The notes under the pieces: generated by a model
Seen by the model: only the letters and a program-made list of their open reading frames with translations
What the model was told of the DNA's origin: nothing
The model's database searches: none
From: Heterodontus francisci
Taxonomy: Eukaryota
Assembly (NCBI RefSeq): GCF_036365525.1
Contig: NC_090418.1
Location: 10,912,856 to 10,976,855, forward strand
Direction: 5' to 3'
Length of the DNA: 64,000 bases
Translations under genes and position numbers: made by a program
In this document: one piece after another, positions 1 through 12,132 of the stretch
Layout: each line of letters begins with the position of its first letter
How positions within the stretch are numbered: position 1 is the stretch's first letter

Positions 1-528
1 CGGCACAGAGAGTGGCTTCTGACGAAAGTTTAAGTAAATGATGTGCACAAGATAGCAACATTTCTCAGCCCTAAATTTAATCAGCTGCTAATGTTGTCCA
101 GCCATGATAGGGACGAAGTTCATTCTGAAGTGTACAGACTTATCAACAACTTTAAAAGAGAAGACCCTGTGAAGGAAACAAAAGTAATTGACAATAAACC
201 TACAGCTGCCGAGAAAGCACGGACTGAATTTGCCGAATGGGAGAATGTTCATGAAGAAGTGGACACAAATGATGAAGTGCAGCAGTACACAGCACAGAGG
301 CCCGCTGTGTTGGCGATGGCAAGCGAGTGTAATATGTTGGGTTGGTGAAAGGAACACAGTGTTGCATACTCTAAATTGGCCAGGCTGGCTAGAAGTATAC
401 TTTGCATTCCAGCGAGCAGTGGCAGCTGTGAGAGGAACTTCAGCATAGCTGGAAGGACAATCGACCAGCGGAGGACTGCACTTGCCTTCCACTGTTCACT
501 CTATTCTTTTTATACATGACAATTTATA
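1..528 (+). pseudogene. hAT-superfamily transposase, C-terminal part with dimerisation domain, disrupted
   Basis: ORF 43-348 ends MLGW* where WW is expected. Reading through the TGA gives KEHSVAYSKLARLARSILCIPASSGSCERNFSIAGRTIDQRRTAL, the hAT dimerisation motif (IPASS..CERxFS). A frameshift follows near 490. Confidence 0.85.
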
Positions 529-723
529 ACACCTTTTGTTCTTTTCTTATTTTTTGCCATGTCTGTAACTGAGACTACTTACTTGCTATGTCTGTAACTG
601 AGACTACTAAATTAAATGTTCACCTAACTGCCTATTGGGTGCTTCGTTGAGAGTCGGCTATTTGTTTTCTTTTTAATCTACGGTTTGACGCGATTTCTTT
701 CGGTTTTATCTGGTTATTATCAC

Positions 724-878
724 GGTGCTGTTTGTGGGAGATTGCTGTGGGCAATGGCTGCTGCGTTTCCGACTTTACAACAGTGAGTACAATTCACAAA
801 GACCTTCACTGGGTGGAAAGTGGTTTGGGACGTTCTGAGGTTGTGAAAGGTGCTGGAGAAGAGCAAGTCTTTCTTTGT
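724..878 (+). mobile_element. SINE 3' fragment with L2-type tail (DeuSINE-like)
   Basis: TGCTGTTTGTGGGAGATTGCTGTG...GGGACGTTCTGAGGTTGTGAAAGGTGCT; the same family occurs inverted at 28090-28250. Confidence 0.6.
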
Positions 879-2089
879 AGAGAGAAAATGGAGAATCTCA
901 TAAAGATTGCTAATAAATCATGAAGGAGTCAAGACGTTGTTTGAAAGTCCCAGAAGAGACAGGCTGATATTTCTGACAGAAAAGAGAAATACCGTGTGTA
1001 TTTGAAAGTTAGTTCAGCTCCTACAGGTGGGATCTTTAACTTTATATCCTCAAGAAGTCGGGAGAAAGATATTTAAAAAATACATAACTGTACTTGATCG
1101 CTGTTAGATTATTTGTTTTGCATTTTAATACTTCAAATACTTCTGGGAAGCTTTATCTCTTCTAAGACTGAACTGTAATCTTACAAGGGAACAAGACAGT
1201 CCAGTGTGTAAAAGCAATTAACAAGCAGCACTTGCTGATTGTTTATCTGGCAGTGCTACAAAAACTTACAAAGATCTCAAAGGACAGGTGGACACTGAAA
1301 GCTTTGGAGGGTTGAGATTCACCCATGGCATCAAATAATCTAGGGTCAGAATTTTTTTTTTTTAAGTGATATTAACCTTTATGCAAAATTGTATTAAATG
1401 TCAATGCTAGAGATTGTTCAACATACTTTGTCAACATTAACATATCTGTTTTATTTTTTGCTTTGTAGGCTAGTCGAGGTACTGGCCATTACGTGCAAGC
1501 TGATCAACCAGAAGTCTTCAATCAAACAGTACTGCAGATCTGCAGTGCTGTAGACTAATGATCAGACAGCACTGGGAATCTACAAGACTGTACATTAACA
1601 ATCAAACAGCACTGGGAAAGCCTGCTCTCTGATCTGCCATTTTCCCAATCAATCAATCTTTCCTTTCACTGAAATTTAGCTTCCAGTCCAATCTCTCTGT
1701 ATTGAATTCACTGAGCTTAGGAGTAACAGTAAGAAAATAATTGGCCTCTGTGTTGCTCATGTTTAAATCTTCATAGCCTTGCACACCCACCCACCCAACT
1801 CCAAATCTCTACATCCCTACAACCCTCCGAAAACTGCATTGACTACAAAAGGGAGGGGGTAAGAAAATCACTCCGTCTGTACCCCATGATCACTACCCAA
1901 GGAACTCGGCCACAAAGTGCTCGTGTGTGAAAGTTGGGGTTGAGGCGTTGATTCCTGGTCACAGGATCAGGATAAGATTCCCCACAACTCCATTTGCAGG
2001 ATAGCCTGCTGCCGGAACGGATTAACCGGATCACAACATCTGGACAAGGTAGAGCACAATAACCTGTTTGATATCATTAACTTTATTCC

Positions 2090-3575
2090 TTGACAGAACT
2101 CTTTGCATCCTCATTGGTTACAGGTGAGCTCCCAGAGGACTGGAGAATATCCAATGTTGTTCCTTTGTTTAAGAAGGGTGGCAAGGATAATCCAGGAAAT
2201 TATATGCTGGTGAGCCTTACGTCAGTGGTAGGGAAACTATTAGAGAAGATTTTTCGGGACAGGATTTACTCCCATTTGGAAACAAACAAACTTATTAGCG
2301 AGAGACAGCATGGTTTTGTGAAGGGGAGGTCGTGTCTTACTAATTTGATTGAGTTTTTTGAGGAAGTGACGAAGATGATTGATGAAGGAAGGGCAGCGGA
2401 TGTTATCTATATGGACTTTAGTAAAGCCTTTGACAAGGTCCCGCATGGTAGACTGGTACAAAAGGTGAAGTCACACGGGATCAGAGGTGAGCTGAACTGG
2501 CTCGGTCATAGAAGACAGAGAGTATCAGTGGATGGGTGTTTTTCTGAATGGAGGGATGTGACTAGTGGTGTTCCGCAGGGATCAGTGCTGGGACCTTTGC
2601 TGTTTGTAGTATATATAAATGATTTGGAGGAAAATGTAGCTGGTCTGATTAGTAAGTTTGCGGACGACACAAAGGTTGGTGGAGTTGTGGATAATGATGA
2701 GGATTGTCAGATGATACAGCAGGATACAGATTGGTTGGAGACTTGGGCGGAGAAATGGCAGATGGAGGTTAATCCGGACAAATGTGAGGTAATGCATTTT
2801 GGAAGGTCTAATGCAGGTGGGAGGTATACAGTAAATGGCAGAACCCTTAGGAGTATTGACAGGCAGAGAGATCTGGGCGTACAGGTCCACAGGTCACTGA
2901 AGGTGGCAATGCAGGTGGATGAGGTAGTCAAGAAGGCATACGGCATGCTTGCCTTCATCGGTCGGGGCATAGAGTATAAAAATTGGCAAGTCATGTTGCA
3001 GCTGTACAGAACCTTAGTTAGCCAACACTTAGAATATTGCGTGCAATTCTGCTCACCACACTACCAGAAGGACGTGGAGGCATTGGAGAGGGTACAGAGG
3101 AGGTTTACCAGGATGTTGCCTGGTCTGGAGGGCATTAGCTATGAGGAGAGGTTGGAAAAACTCAGATTGTTTTCACTGGAACGACGGAGATGGAGGGCGA
3201 CATGATAGAGGTTTACAAAGTTATGAGCGGCATGGACAGAGTGGATAGTCAGAAGCTTATTCCCAGGGTGGAAGAGTCAGTTACTAGGGGACATAGGTTT
3301 AAGGTGCGAGGGGCAAAGTTTAGAGGGGATGTGCGAGGCAAGTTTTTTACACAGAGGGTGGTGAGTGCCTGGAACTTGCTGCCAGGGGAGGTGGTGGAAG
3401 CAGATACGATAGCAACGTTTAAGAGGCATCTTGACAAATACATGAATAGGATGGGAATAGAGGGATATGGGCCCCGGAAGTGCAGAAGGTTTTAGTTTAG
3501 GCAGGCATCAAGATCGGCGCAGGCTTGGAGGGCCGAATGGCCTGTTCCTGTGCTGTACTGTTCTTTGTTCTTATT
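2090..3575 (+). mobile_element. CR1 LINE, 5'-truncated (RT and 3' end)
   Basis: ORF 2090-3205 has [23 protein letters not shown] and KFADDTK; a frameshifted C-terminus follows at 3190-3495, then a CR1-type 3' UTR (GGGCCGAATGGCCTGTTCCTGTGCTGTA). Confidence 0.93.
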
Positions 3576-4514
3576 CTTTGTTTTGATAGTCGGGTCGGGT
3601 CGGGTCAGGCACGAAAAAGAATTAAAGGACTCAGGCCCGGGTCGGGTTCGGGTTGGGTGTGGTCAGATCAGGTCGGGTTTCAATTTTATACCCGAGCAGT
3701 CCTTTAAATACGACAGTGATTTTCGACAGCAGAGCATTTTCAAAGCACTGAACAAATTCTCCCTATCACATCTGTCCCTGACTCCAGCTGTACGATGGTC
3801 TGAGCTGCGAGGTTAATTTGCTATGTTGAAGTAAGTTTGAACTGTTTCTCTGAGTCAGCCCAGTCTGAGGGTTGTCATTTAATAGACTCTTGTTGCTTCT
3901 CCCACTGCTCTGGGTATTAATTGCTCCATTATGGGCTGTCTCCCTAGTTACTGCATTGCCCTAAAGCAACCGTCCATTATAATGTCATCAACTCCAAGTT
4001 ACAGACAATTCCTAGGCCCCAATATTCACGAGAGGTCCTAGTGTACGTTACAACAGTGCAGTGGAATGAAATTCGATATAAATGTTTAAATTAAATAAAA
4101 CTTATCACCCTCCTAATGTCACTCCTGATATTATTGGCAAAGCCTCTGTAACCAAAAGAGTGATCGAGATGGTCAGACAAAACCAACTAATTGTATTCAC
4201 ACTGAAGATCATCATCACAAATTGACTCTATTCAGATCTGAAGAACATAAATCTTCACAAGACAAGTGTTGGGCACAACCCAGAATGTTTCTTCCAAGTA
4301 TATCCTGAGGGGAGGGGGAAGGGGGGGGGGGGGGAAATAAAAGTTTCCGACTTGATGTGAGTGCAGGTGCATTGATGAATAAACCGTTGCTGTTCTGTGT
4401 AATGGTTTTCCAGGGTGGCAGGGCTGAACTGGTGTAACAGTGTCAGCAGAGAATAGGGAAATGGACCCAAAAAGGAGCTCTCCGATTCCACTCAAGCTGT
4501 GCTGGACGTCACAT

Positions 4515-5965
4515 TAGAAAGTTTAAGGCACAGAAAGAGGCCACTTGGCCCATCGTGTCTGTGCTGGCCAGAAAACGATCCACCCATTCTAATCCCACCT
4601 TCCAGCATTTGGTCCGTAGCCCTGCAGATTACGGCACTTGAGATTCCTTTTGAATGAGTTGAGGGTTTCTGCCTCTACTACCCTTTCAGGCAGTGAGTTC
4701 CAGACACCCAGCACCCTCTGGGTGAAAAAGTTTTTCCTCATCTCCCCTCTAATTTTTCTACCAATCACTTTATATCTATGCTCCGTCACTGACCTCTCTG
4801 CTAAGGTGAATAGACCCTTCACCTCCACTCTATCCAGGCCTCTCACAATTTTGTACATTTCAATCAGATCTCCCCTCAGCCTTCTCTGTTTCAAGGAGAA
4901 CAACCCCAGCCTATCCAATCTTTCCTCATAGCTGCATTTTTCCAGTCCTGGCAACATCCTTGTAAATCTCCTCTGTACCTTCTCTAGTGCAATTACATCC
5001 TTTCTGTAATGAGGTGACCAGAACTGCACACAGTACTCAAGTTGTGCCCTAACCAATGAGTTATACAGTTCCAGCATAACCTCCCTGCTCTTATATTCTA
5101 GACATTAGCTAATAAAGGAAAGAATTCCATATGCCTTTTTCATCACCTTATCGACCTGTGCTGCTACATTCAGGGATCTGTGGACATTCACTCCAAGGTC
5201 CCACATTTCCTCTACACTCCTCAGTATTTTCCCACTATTCGTGTGTTCCTTCGACTTGTTTGACCTCCTCAAATGCATCACCTCACACTTCTCCAAGTTG
5301 AATTCCATTTGCCGCTTTTCTGCCCATCTGACCAGACCATCAATATCTTCCTGCAGCCTAAGCTATCCTCCTCGCTATCTAACACACGGCCAATCTCTGT
5401 GTCGTCTGCAAACTTCTTGATCATGCCCCCTACATTTACGTCCAAATTGTTAACATATATCACAAAATGCAGGGGACCCAGTACTGAGCCCTGCGGAATG
5501 CCACTGGAAGCAACCCTCCTGTCGTGAAAATAGCCGTCAACAATTACCCTTTGTTTCCTGCCACTGAGACAATTTTGTATCCACCTTGCTGCATTTCCCT
5601 GGATCCCATGGCATTTTATTTTTTTAACCAGTCTGCCATGTGGGACCTTGTCAAAAACCTTGCTAAAATCCATGTAGACCACATCAACTCCACTTCTTCT
5701 TCAAAAAATTTGATCCAGTTGATCAAACAAGATCTTCCCTTAACAAATCTATACTGATTATCTTTGATTAATCTGTGCCTTTCTAAGTGACAGTTTATCT
5801 TGTCTCTCAGAATAGATTCCAATAGTTTGCCCACTACTGAGGTTAGACTGACTGGCCTGTAATTATTCAGTCTGTCCCTCACTCCCTTTTTAAACAGAGG
5901 TACAACGTTAGAAATTCTCCCGTCCTCTGGCACCACACCTGGATCCAGTAAGGACTGGAAAATGT
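4515..5965 (-). mobile_element. CR1 LINE, degenerate RT and 3' end
   Basis: Frameshifted ORFs 5616-6047, 5278-5682, 5105-5308 and 4589-5077 carry CR1 RT motifs. Confidence 0.9.
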
Positions 5966-6122
5966 TAGCTGTGTCCTTTAAAGAGGGGGGCAGGTGTAAT
6001 TTCATTCCTCTGTTGATAAAACTGGGGATAACCCCTGTCATCCTCATAGATCAATGAACAAAGCATATTATAGTATTGTATTAATGGTTCCCTTCAACAT
6101 GAGCAAGTTTGGAGCTGACATC

Positions 6123-6308
6123 TGTCAGGTGACACTGGGCCAATTCAGAGTCACTCCTATTGGTCCAAATAAAATAGGCCCTCCTGCCAATAAATCCATG
6201 AGTTCTGTCATTGGGTGTAAATTGTGGAGATTGGGGCTGGTTAATTGGTTCAATGTTGCTGCTTCTGGGATCATTGGTGTCAGGTGACTGCAGGTTGTGT
6301 GTATAAAA
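6123..6308 (+). promoter_or_regulatory. ZP3 copy 1 proximal promoter: two E-boxes, CCAAT cluster, TATA box
   Basis: TGTCAGGTGAC at 6123-6133 and 6278-6288; CCAAT/ATTGG at 6140, 6159, 6187, 6210, 6230, 6244 and 6273; TATAAAA at 6302-6308. Confidence 0.7.
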
Positions 6309-6352
6309 GGAGCTGGTTGGTGGGTGAAGGGATGGTTGAGTTGTTTGGTATC

Positions 6353-9203
6353 ATGGGGGATTTTGTAATGAGGGGTTTGTTCCCAGTGCTGGTGTTAGTT
6401 GGAGTTGTCTGTTGTTCTGATACTTGGCAACAGTTTCGACACCAGAGGTTTCCATGGAGAAGAGTAAAAGCCACCCCTGTGCCTCAGAGAGTCCCTCCAA
6501 CTGGGTCTCCCTTTGGTTCCCATTTCCGTGTGTCTGAGGGCCGAAGTGTGTCTCCACTGCAGACTGTGATGGTGCAGTGTGGAGAGCAGAACCTGCTGGT
6601 CAGGGTCCAGATGGATTTATTTGGAACCAGGCACCTGATTAAAGCTGCTGACCTGACCCTGGGGACAGCAGGTTGTCGGCCAACCAGGATCTACTCTCAG
6701 AACCACACTGTCCTCTTTGACTATGGGCTCCATGAGTGTGGCAGCAGATTGCAGGTAACGTTGACTCTTGTTCTAACCTTGGTGATTGTTCCCCACTGTT
6801 CATTCTGACACTTGGTGAATCCCATTGATGCTTGTTTCCTACTTTATAAAACCACAAGCAGCATTCAATTATCCAGTGGGCCTTGCTTAATCTTGTAGCT
6901 CCTATTCTCCCCAACTTTGATTATCTACCCCATTGGCCTTGAACGTTTATTGGTATTCCTCCATCTTGATTTGTGAATTTTCACCTTTATTGCCCTTCAT
7001 TTGGGTCACAGATTGAATGTTAAGCTTGAAGCTTCAATTTTATCTAATCTATTTGCTATTATAAGTTAGCACTAAGAATTGAGCTGTAGTATACTAAGGG
7101 GGACCCCACATTTCCTTTCCCTGTGAACAGAACACATGGGTGCAAATTACAGTCCATTTATGGCTCCTTTCATTGTTAAAATATCAACTTTTTTGCTTGT
7201 TGCAATCTCTTCACACTATCTACTGAGACTTGACACTAGCCCATGAACAAAAGTCTAGTTCAACCACTGGAGTCTGCTTGACCATTCAGGGATTTTGGGG
7301 ATTAACTTCTACGTTTACTCTGTTTACTACCCTTGTGTGCCTCGATTCCTCTCGTGCCCCAAATCTTGCCTGTCTTGAATATCATTAAGTAGATCTGACT
7401 TAGTTGGAATAATCCAAATGCTTTATAATTCTCTAGACATTTCTTTGCTCTGACCTAAATGCCTGACCCTTTGCCTAAAAGTGGCCCTAGGTCTGGATAC
7501 TCCAGCTGGGGGAAATGGTATCCCAGCATCTAGCTTTTCATTCCCTGTGGAAATGCAATCTCTCCAAATTTTATTTTGAACTGAGCATAATCTCCATTTC
7601 AGACCAGATTGTCATTCCTTTTACCTGATTTCTTTCAGATGGCTGGAGATTTCTTGGTCTACACCACCCACCTGAACCACACCCCCCAGTATCATGGATC
7701 TGTCATTGTGAGAACAAATGGAGCTGTCATTCCCATTGAGTGTCATTATTTTAGGTGAGAATATTTACCTGATTGTAGATATGATCTGGAGATGGGTTTT
7801 CTCAATTTGTCCTAAAATGACTCTCCCTCCTTTCCAGGAAGGGCAATGTGAGCAGTAACCCCATCAAGCCCACCTGGATCCCATTCAGCTCCACCAAGTC
7901 TGGAGAAGGGCATCTGTCATTCTCACTGCGCCTAATGAATGGTATGTGATGGGTGGATGGGGAGTGATTTCCTGTACTCACCCACTGGGAGTTGTACCCA
8001 CTGTCTCCAACCCTTGTCCTCTTGTACTTCAGATGACTGGCTTACAGAGCGCACCTCGACTGTCTACTACCTGGGTGACCTCATTCACATTGAGGCCTCT
8101 GTTTCAATGACCAACCACATGCCCCTGAAGCTCTACATTGACCGCTGTGTAGCTACATTGAGCCCGGACAAGGATTCCACCCCGAGATACAGCATCATTG
8201 ACTACAATGGGTAAGGAGGTCTCTACTTTCTCCAGCTGCTCCCATCTCAATGGCTTCACTTTATTCACTTCATGTCCCTTTTTGAATCTTTCTCCAGTTG
8301 CCTCCTGGACAGCAAAGCTGAGGACTCCTTTTCAACTTTCATGTTGCCAAGAGACGAGCGTGAGCTGGACAAGCTCCGGTTTGACCTGGATGCTTTCCGC
8401 TTCTTTGGAGATGACCGTTCCTTGGTAAGTGTAATCTGATCATTGGGGTTTCCATGTTGGGGGGAGGGGGGTTTGGAAGTCACTAAATAATTTGTTGAAA
8501 TGTGTTGTGTAGATTTTCATCACCTGTCACCTGAAAGTTGCTCCAGTGGATCGGAGAGATTCCATGAACAAAGCTTGTACTTTCCAGAAGATGCAGAATG
8601 TGTAAGTTCCCTTTCTCTTGGTGTGTTGTATAGACATGTGATGGACAACCTGGTTGATCAACTGTTTCTCTTGTTTAGCTGGACCCCATTGGATGAATCC
8701 AACAATGACATTTGTGCCTGTTGCCATGTGGGTAACTGTGGTGTGACAAGGGAGTTCCGATTTCCTTCCAGAGGAAGGAGGGATCTTGTACCTGAAGCTG
8801 GTAGGACATTGATCCTCTAGATGTGGGAGATCTCCCTTTATCCCCTCTAACTGGCATGTTTGATATTGCAGAGAGTGAAGCTGGATTGAAGTGGGAGGGT
8901 GAGGCCTCACTTGGACCCCTGGTCATTCTGGATACTGAGGTAACTGACCTGGCAACTGAGTCCTTGAATGAGATTGAGCGAAGGCTGCAGGAGAGGTCTC
9001 CAGGTGGTGAGTTGGCTGACTGCTAGTTTCCATTTTCCCTTCAGTGTTTCCTTCACTAACCATTGGTTTCTCATTGCTTTGTAGGTGTGGAGTCTGAGGT
9101 GGTCCTGATTGTGGCCCTGACTGTGACAGCTGTCTGTCTGATCTCTGCTTCATTGATTGCCTTGTTCCTGTACAGGAAACACAAGCAAACTCTGATCAAC
9201 TAG
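6353..9203 (+). CDS. ZP3: Zona pellucida sperm-binding protein 3 (ZPC), copy 1. Exons 6353-6754, 7639-7754, 7838-7941, 8033-8210, 8298-8424, 8513-8601, 8679-8800, 8872-9006, 9085-9203; ~463 aa
   Basis: All introns are GT-AG with matching phases. Signal peptide ([13 protein letters not shown]); ZP-N ([31 protein letters not shown]); linker PTWIPF; ZP-C ([44 protein letters not shown]); ZP3 Cys cluster [10 protein letters not shown]; furin site RGRR; hydrophobic patch LGPLVIL; C-terminal TM helix. AATAAA at 9217. Alternative in-frame ATGs at 6332 and 6368. Confidence 0.95.
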
Positions 9204-10139
9204 TTATCAAATGATCAATAAAAGTGATTACTTGTCTCTTGTGTGGTAATTCATTGACCACTGGAGCCTGTTAGTTAAATGGGTCCATATATCTAATGAC
9301 TGGGATTAACCTAAGCACAGAACTTGACCTCTGGAATCACTCCTGGCAGAGGGAGTTTCACTTGAGTAGGTTGAACAAGAAATACAGTGAAGCTTCTCTA
9401 TTTATTTGAAGAAGTTGCTGCTGAATTGCTTCCTGCATTTCAATCCCAGGCTCCTTTATTGTGTCTCCTGCAGAGGAGAGATGTGAACAGGTCTATTCCT
9501 CCTGTGGAACTGCTCCTCAATTTGGCCAGTTGGGGTTTACTCTGGCTGCTTCCTTCTAATTGGCTATGCTCCTCCCAGAGAGGGAGCACAACCAATGGGT
9601 GTATCAGACATTATACATTAATTTATTTAGCTGCATTTTGTTAAATTGATTTGATTAAATTTTCACTTCACAGCCTGTTGACCATTGTGGAAATAGCAAA
9701 TTTCAGTTCAAATTGCTGATCTCCAGGCCAATTTGGGTTAGGTAGATGGGACTAAACTGTCAATTGGCCTTGCAAATCATATTTTTGATTCCATTGTCTA
9801 ACTGAATATGCAAATCAGGGGCCCAAACCGCCAACTCTGGTTCCCAAGTTACTCCATCGTGCTGAGTGGCCACTGAGTCCCAAAAGGCTTCAGGTTAAAC
9901 TTCCCAGTTGGGAGACCATTGTCCAAAAACTAATGGAGTTAAAGTTGGGTGAACTTGATGGAAGTTGTCTTACTGACTGACTGGTCTGAACACTTTGTAC
10001 AAGGAAGTAATAATTGTTTTCTAGTAGATTGTATTGTAAGTCAAGTTCAGCCACTGTTGCCAGCGAGTAAGATGGAGTTGTTGTCTAGGCCAGGACTGAT
10101 GATGGTGTTACTACTTGTATTAAATGGGAGGAAATGTCT

Positions 10140-10410
10140 ACTCGTGCAGCCCTGTGTGTCAGCTAAGCCGTCTAATAATTTAGAGATAGTGGAGGGGCTG
10201 AGTGGTAGTGAGGTAGAACTGGCTGATGTCAGTGTATGTGAAACTGACTGTTTTCAGATGATGTCACCAAGGGAAGCATGCAGGTAAGAAATAAAAGGCC
10301 CCAAGTATAGATTCTTGGGGCAAACTAGAGGTAATGGTTCTGGACTAGGAAGAGAAGCTACTGCAGCTACTCTGGCTGGGACTGGATAGATAGTAAAATC
10401 AGGCAAGATA
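10140..10410 (-). mobile_element. Old L2-type LINE remnant
   Basis: Degenerate RT-like segment (GTGAGGTAGAACTGG...CAGATGATGTCACCAAGGG); a homologous piece lies at ~34200-34500. Confidence 0.45.
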
Positions 10411-10615
10411 CAGGTACAAGTTCAGGGCTAAGGGAAAGTGCAGCTGGTGGAGGGGGGGAAATTTTCACAAGTTAGGTGTGGACTAGAGGGGAAGTAATTG
10501 GCAGATGTGGCTGAATGCGATTGAAACCATCGAGTGACTTATTTTCTTTTTGCACTTAGATGTAAAGTTCTCTCTACACTTTTTTTTTTTTTTCCCCTGC
10601 CCCCAATATCGAATA

Positions 10616-10712
10616 CTCCCTGGACAGGTACAACACTGGGTTAGATAGCAGAGTAAAGCTCCATCTACACTGTCCCCATCAAACACTCCAGGACAAGTAC
10701 AGCACAGGGTTG
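10616..10712. repeat. ~1.5 units of a ~68-bp satellite-like repeat
   Basis: GGACAGGTACAACACTGGGTTAGATAGCAGAGTAAAGCTCCATCTACACTGTCCCCATCAAACACTCCAGGACAAGTACAGCAC; a related piece is at ~34985-35050. I recall this unit from shark genomes but have not verified it. Confidence 0.55.
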
Positions 10713-11926
10713 AAGTGTCGACATCATGTGGCCTATGTACCTGCATTGAGAAAGATTTCAGCTTCTGGCTCCAACTCCTGATTTTTGGTGTCTGCTACCA
10801 AGCAGGGGTTGGGGGAATCTCCTGTGGCATTGCTCCAGGGATGAGTAACAGCACCATCCTCAGTCCCAGGCTGGGCAGAGTGTCGGGTGGGGTGGAATGC
10901 AGACAGGAAGTTGGGGCTTTTCTGCACCTGCTGTCTTTGTCTAATTTGCTTTGTTACTTTAGACATGCGTACACAGGCATTAGTTTAAATGAAGAATAAG
11001 GTCTTTAGTGATACATCACACTATGATTCCAAAATGTGGACATAAATCTTTAATGAGCTCCTATTCAATATGTGAACTCAAGTAACATCGCAATCTAGAA
11101 TCCATCATAATCTTATACTAAATCAAGGAACTGCCATTCCTATGTCCACCAGCGTCTTCTCTCTGTTCTTATTTGGTGAATATTTGTGCAGTCAATTCTG
11201 CCTGTTGAACAGGTTTGCCCAGTGTAGTCCTTATTTACAAACATGCCACCCATAGTGAATCAAAATTACCAACAGTATAAGAACTGGGTGGATCATTGTG
11301 TCTGTCGCCCCAGTAGCTGTCGGGCTCCATCTGCGCAGTGACTCCCAACAGCTCCCATGTCCAATCTGATCCAACACTGTGAACGTTCACAATTTCAACC
11401 GTGTGATGCTTCTTGTCCACAACGAGTTGCTAAAACCTTACACTTTTCTGCATCTCCTTCCTCCAAATAGCAACACGATGAGGGTTGATGTTGGGTGGCT
11501 GCAGACTCGGGTTCTTAGGGTGCAATTTTAAAGTATGTTGGTCTGTGATCACTTTGTATTGACTGAATTGTAAATAACCACACTCCACAATTAGAGATTG
11601 ATGAGAATAAGATGCACCTTACAGCTGTAGGGATATCTGGATACAGTATTAATAACACAAAGGTTACAAGGATGCAAATTGTGTACATAATCTCAAACTC
11701 CATATACACAATTCCAAAATGCCAATTATTTCTCTGACAATCTCACGTCCCAAAATTAGAGACTCTCACGCAATTCACAGCAACCAGAATTTCACCGTGG
11801 CAGCAATGAAAGACCGGTTTTCACAACTTAATATGTTAATCAAACTGAACGTGTGCTCCTCAGTGTCTCAGGAGCTGAAGAGACATCTGACTGCTTCTCC
11901 TCCGTACATAATGTCACCACTCATAG

Positions 11927-12132
11927 GGGAGACGGTGGAGGAGGTGGTTAATGTCATTGGGGAAGGAAATCCGCCATCCTTACCCGGTCTGGCCTACATG
12001 TGACTCCAGACACACAGCAATGCGGTCAACTCTTAAACTGCCCTCTGAAATGGCCTAGCAAGACACTCAGTTCATGGGCAATAAATGCTGGCCTTGTCAG
12101 TGATGCCCACATCCCATGAAAGAATGAAAAAA
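11927..12132 (+). mobile_element. tRNA-derived SINE, internally deleted
   Basis: Shares GGAAGGAAATC...TGACTCCAGA...GGGCAATAAATGCTGGCC...CACATCCC with the SINEs at 32692 and 38255. Confidence 0.65.

Larger units (their letters stand above)
1..3706 (+). mobile_element. hAT DNA transposon, right part, carrying nested SINE and CR1 insertions
   Basis: Transposase remnant at 1-528. Clustered TCGGG subterminal motifs at 3589-3680 end in ...CCCGAGCAGTCCTTTA at 3706, a plausible right TIR. The left end is outside the window, so TIR pairing and TSD cannot be checked. Confidence 0.55.

Noticed and set aside
3710-4510. Possible NAT16-like exon 1 upstream of ZP3 copy 1
   Set aside because: No match to the MAASHCPL exon or its flanks was found by eye, so copy 1 may mark the array edge or have lost its partner.
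6245-6352. N-terminal extension of the ZP3 exon 1 ORF (MVQCCCFWDHW...), also at 28445 and 56869
   Set aside because: It begins at a TTG upstream of the TATA box and runs through promoter motifs. The ATG at 6353 has good Kozak context and precedes the signal peptide.
11235-11420. 61-aa ORF in unique-looking sequence between ZP3 copy 1 and NAT copy A
   Set aside because: No recognisable homology, no convincing splice-site pair and no counterpart in the other units.
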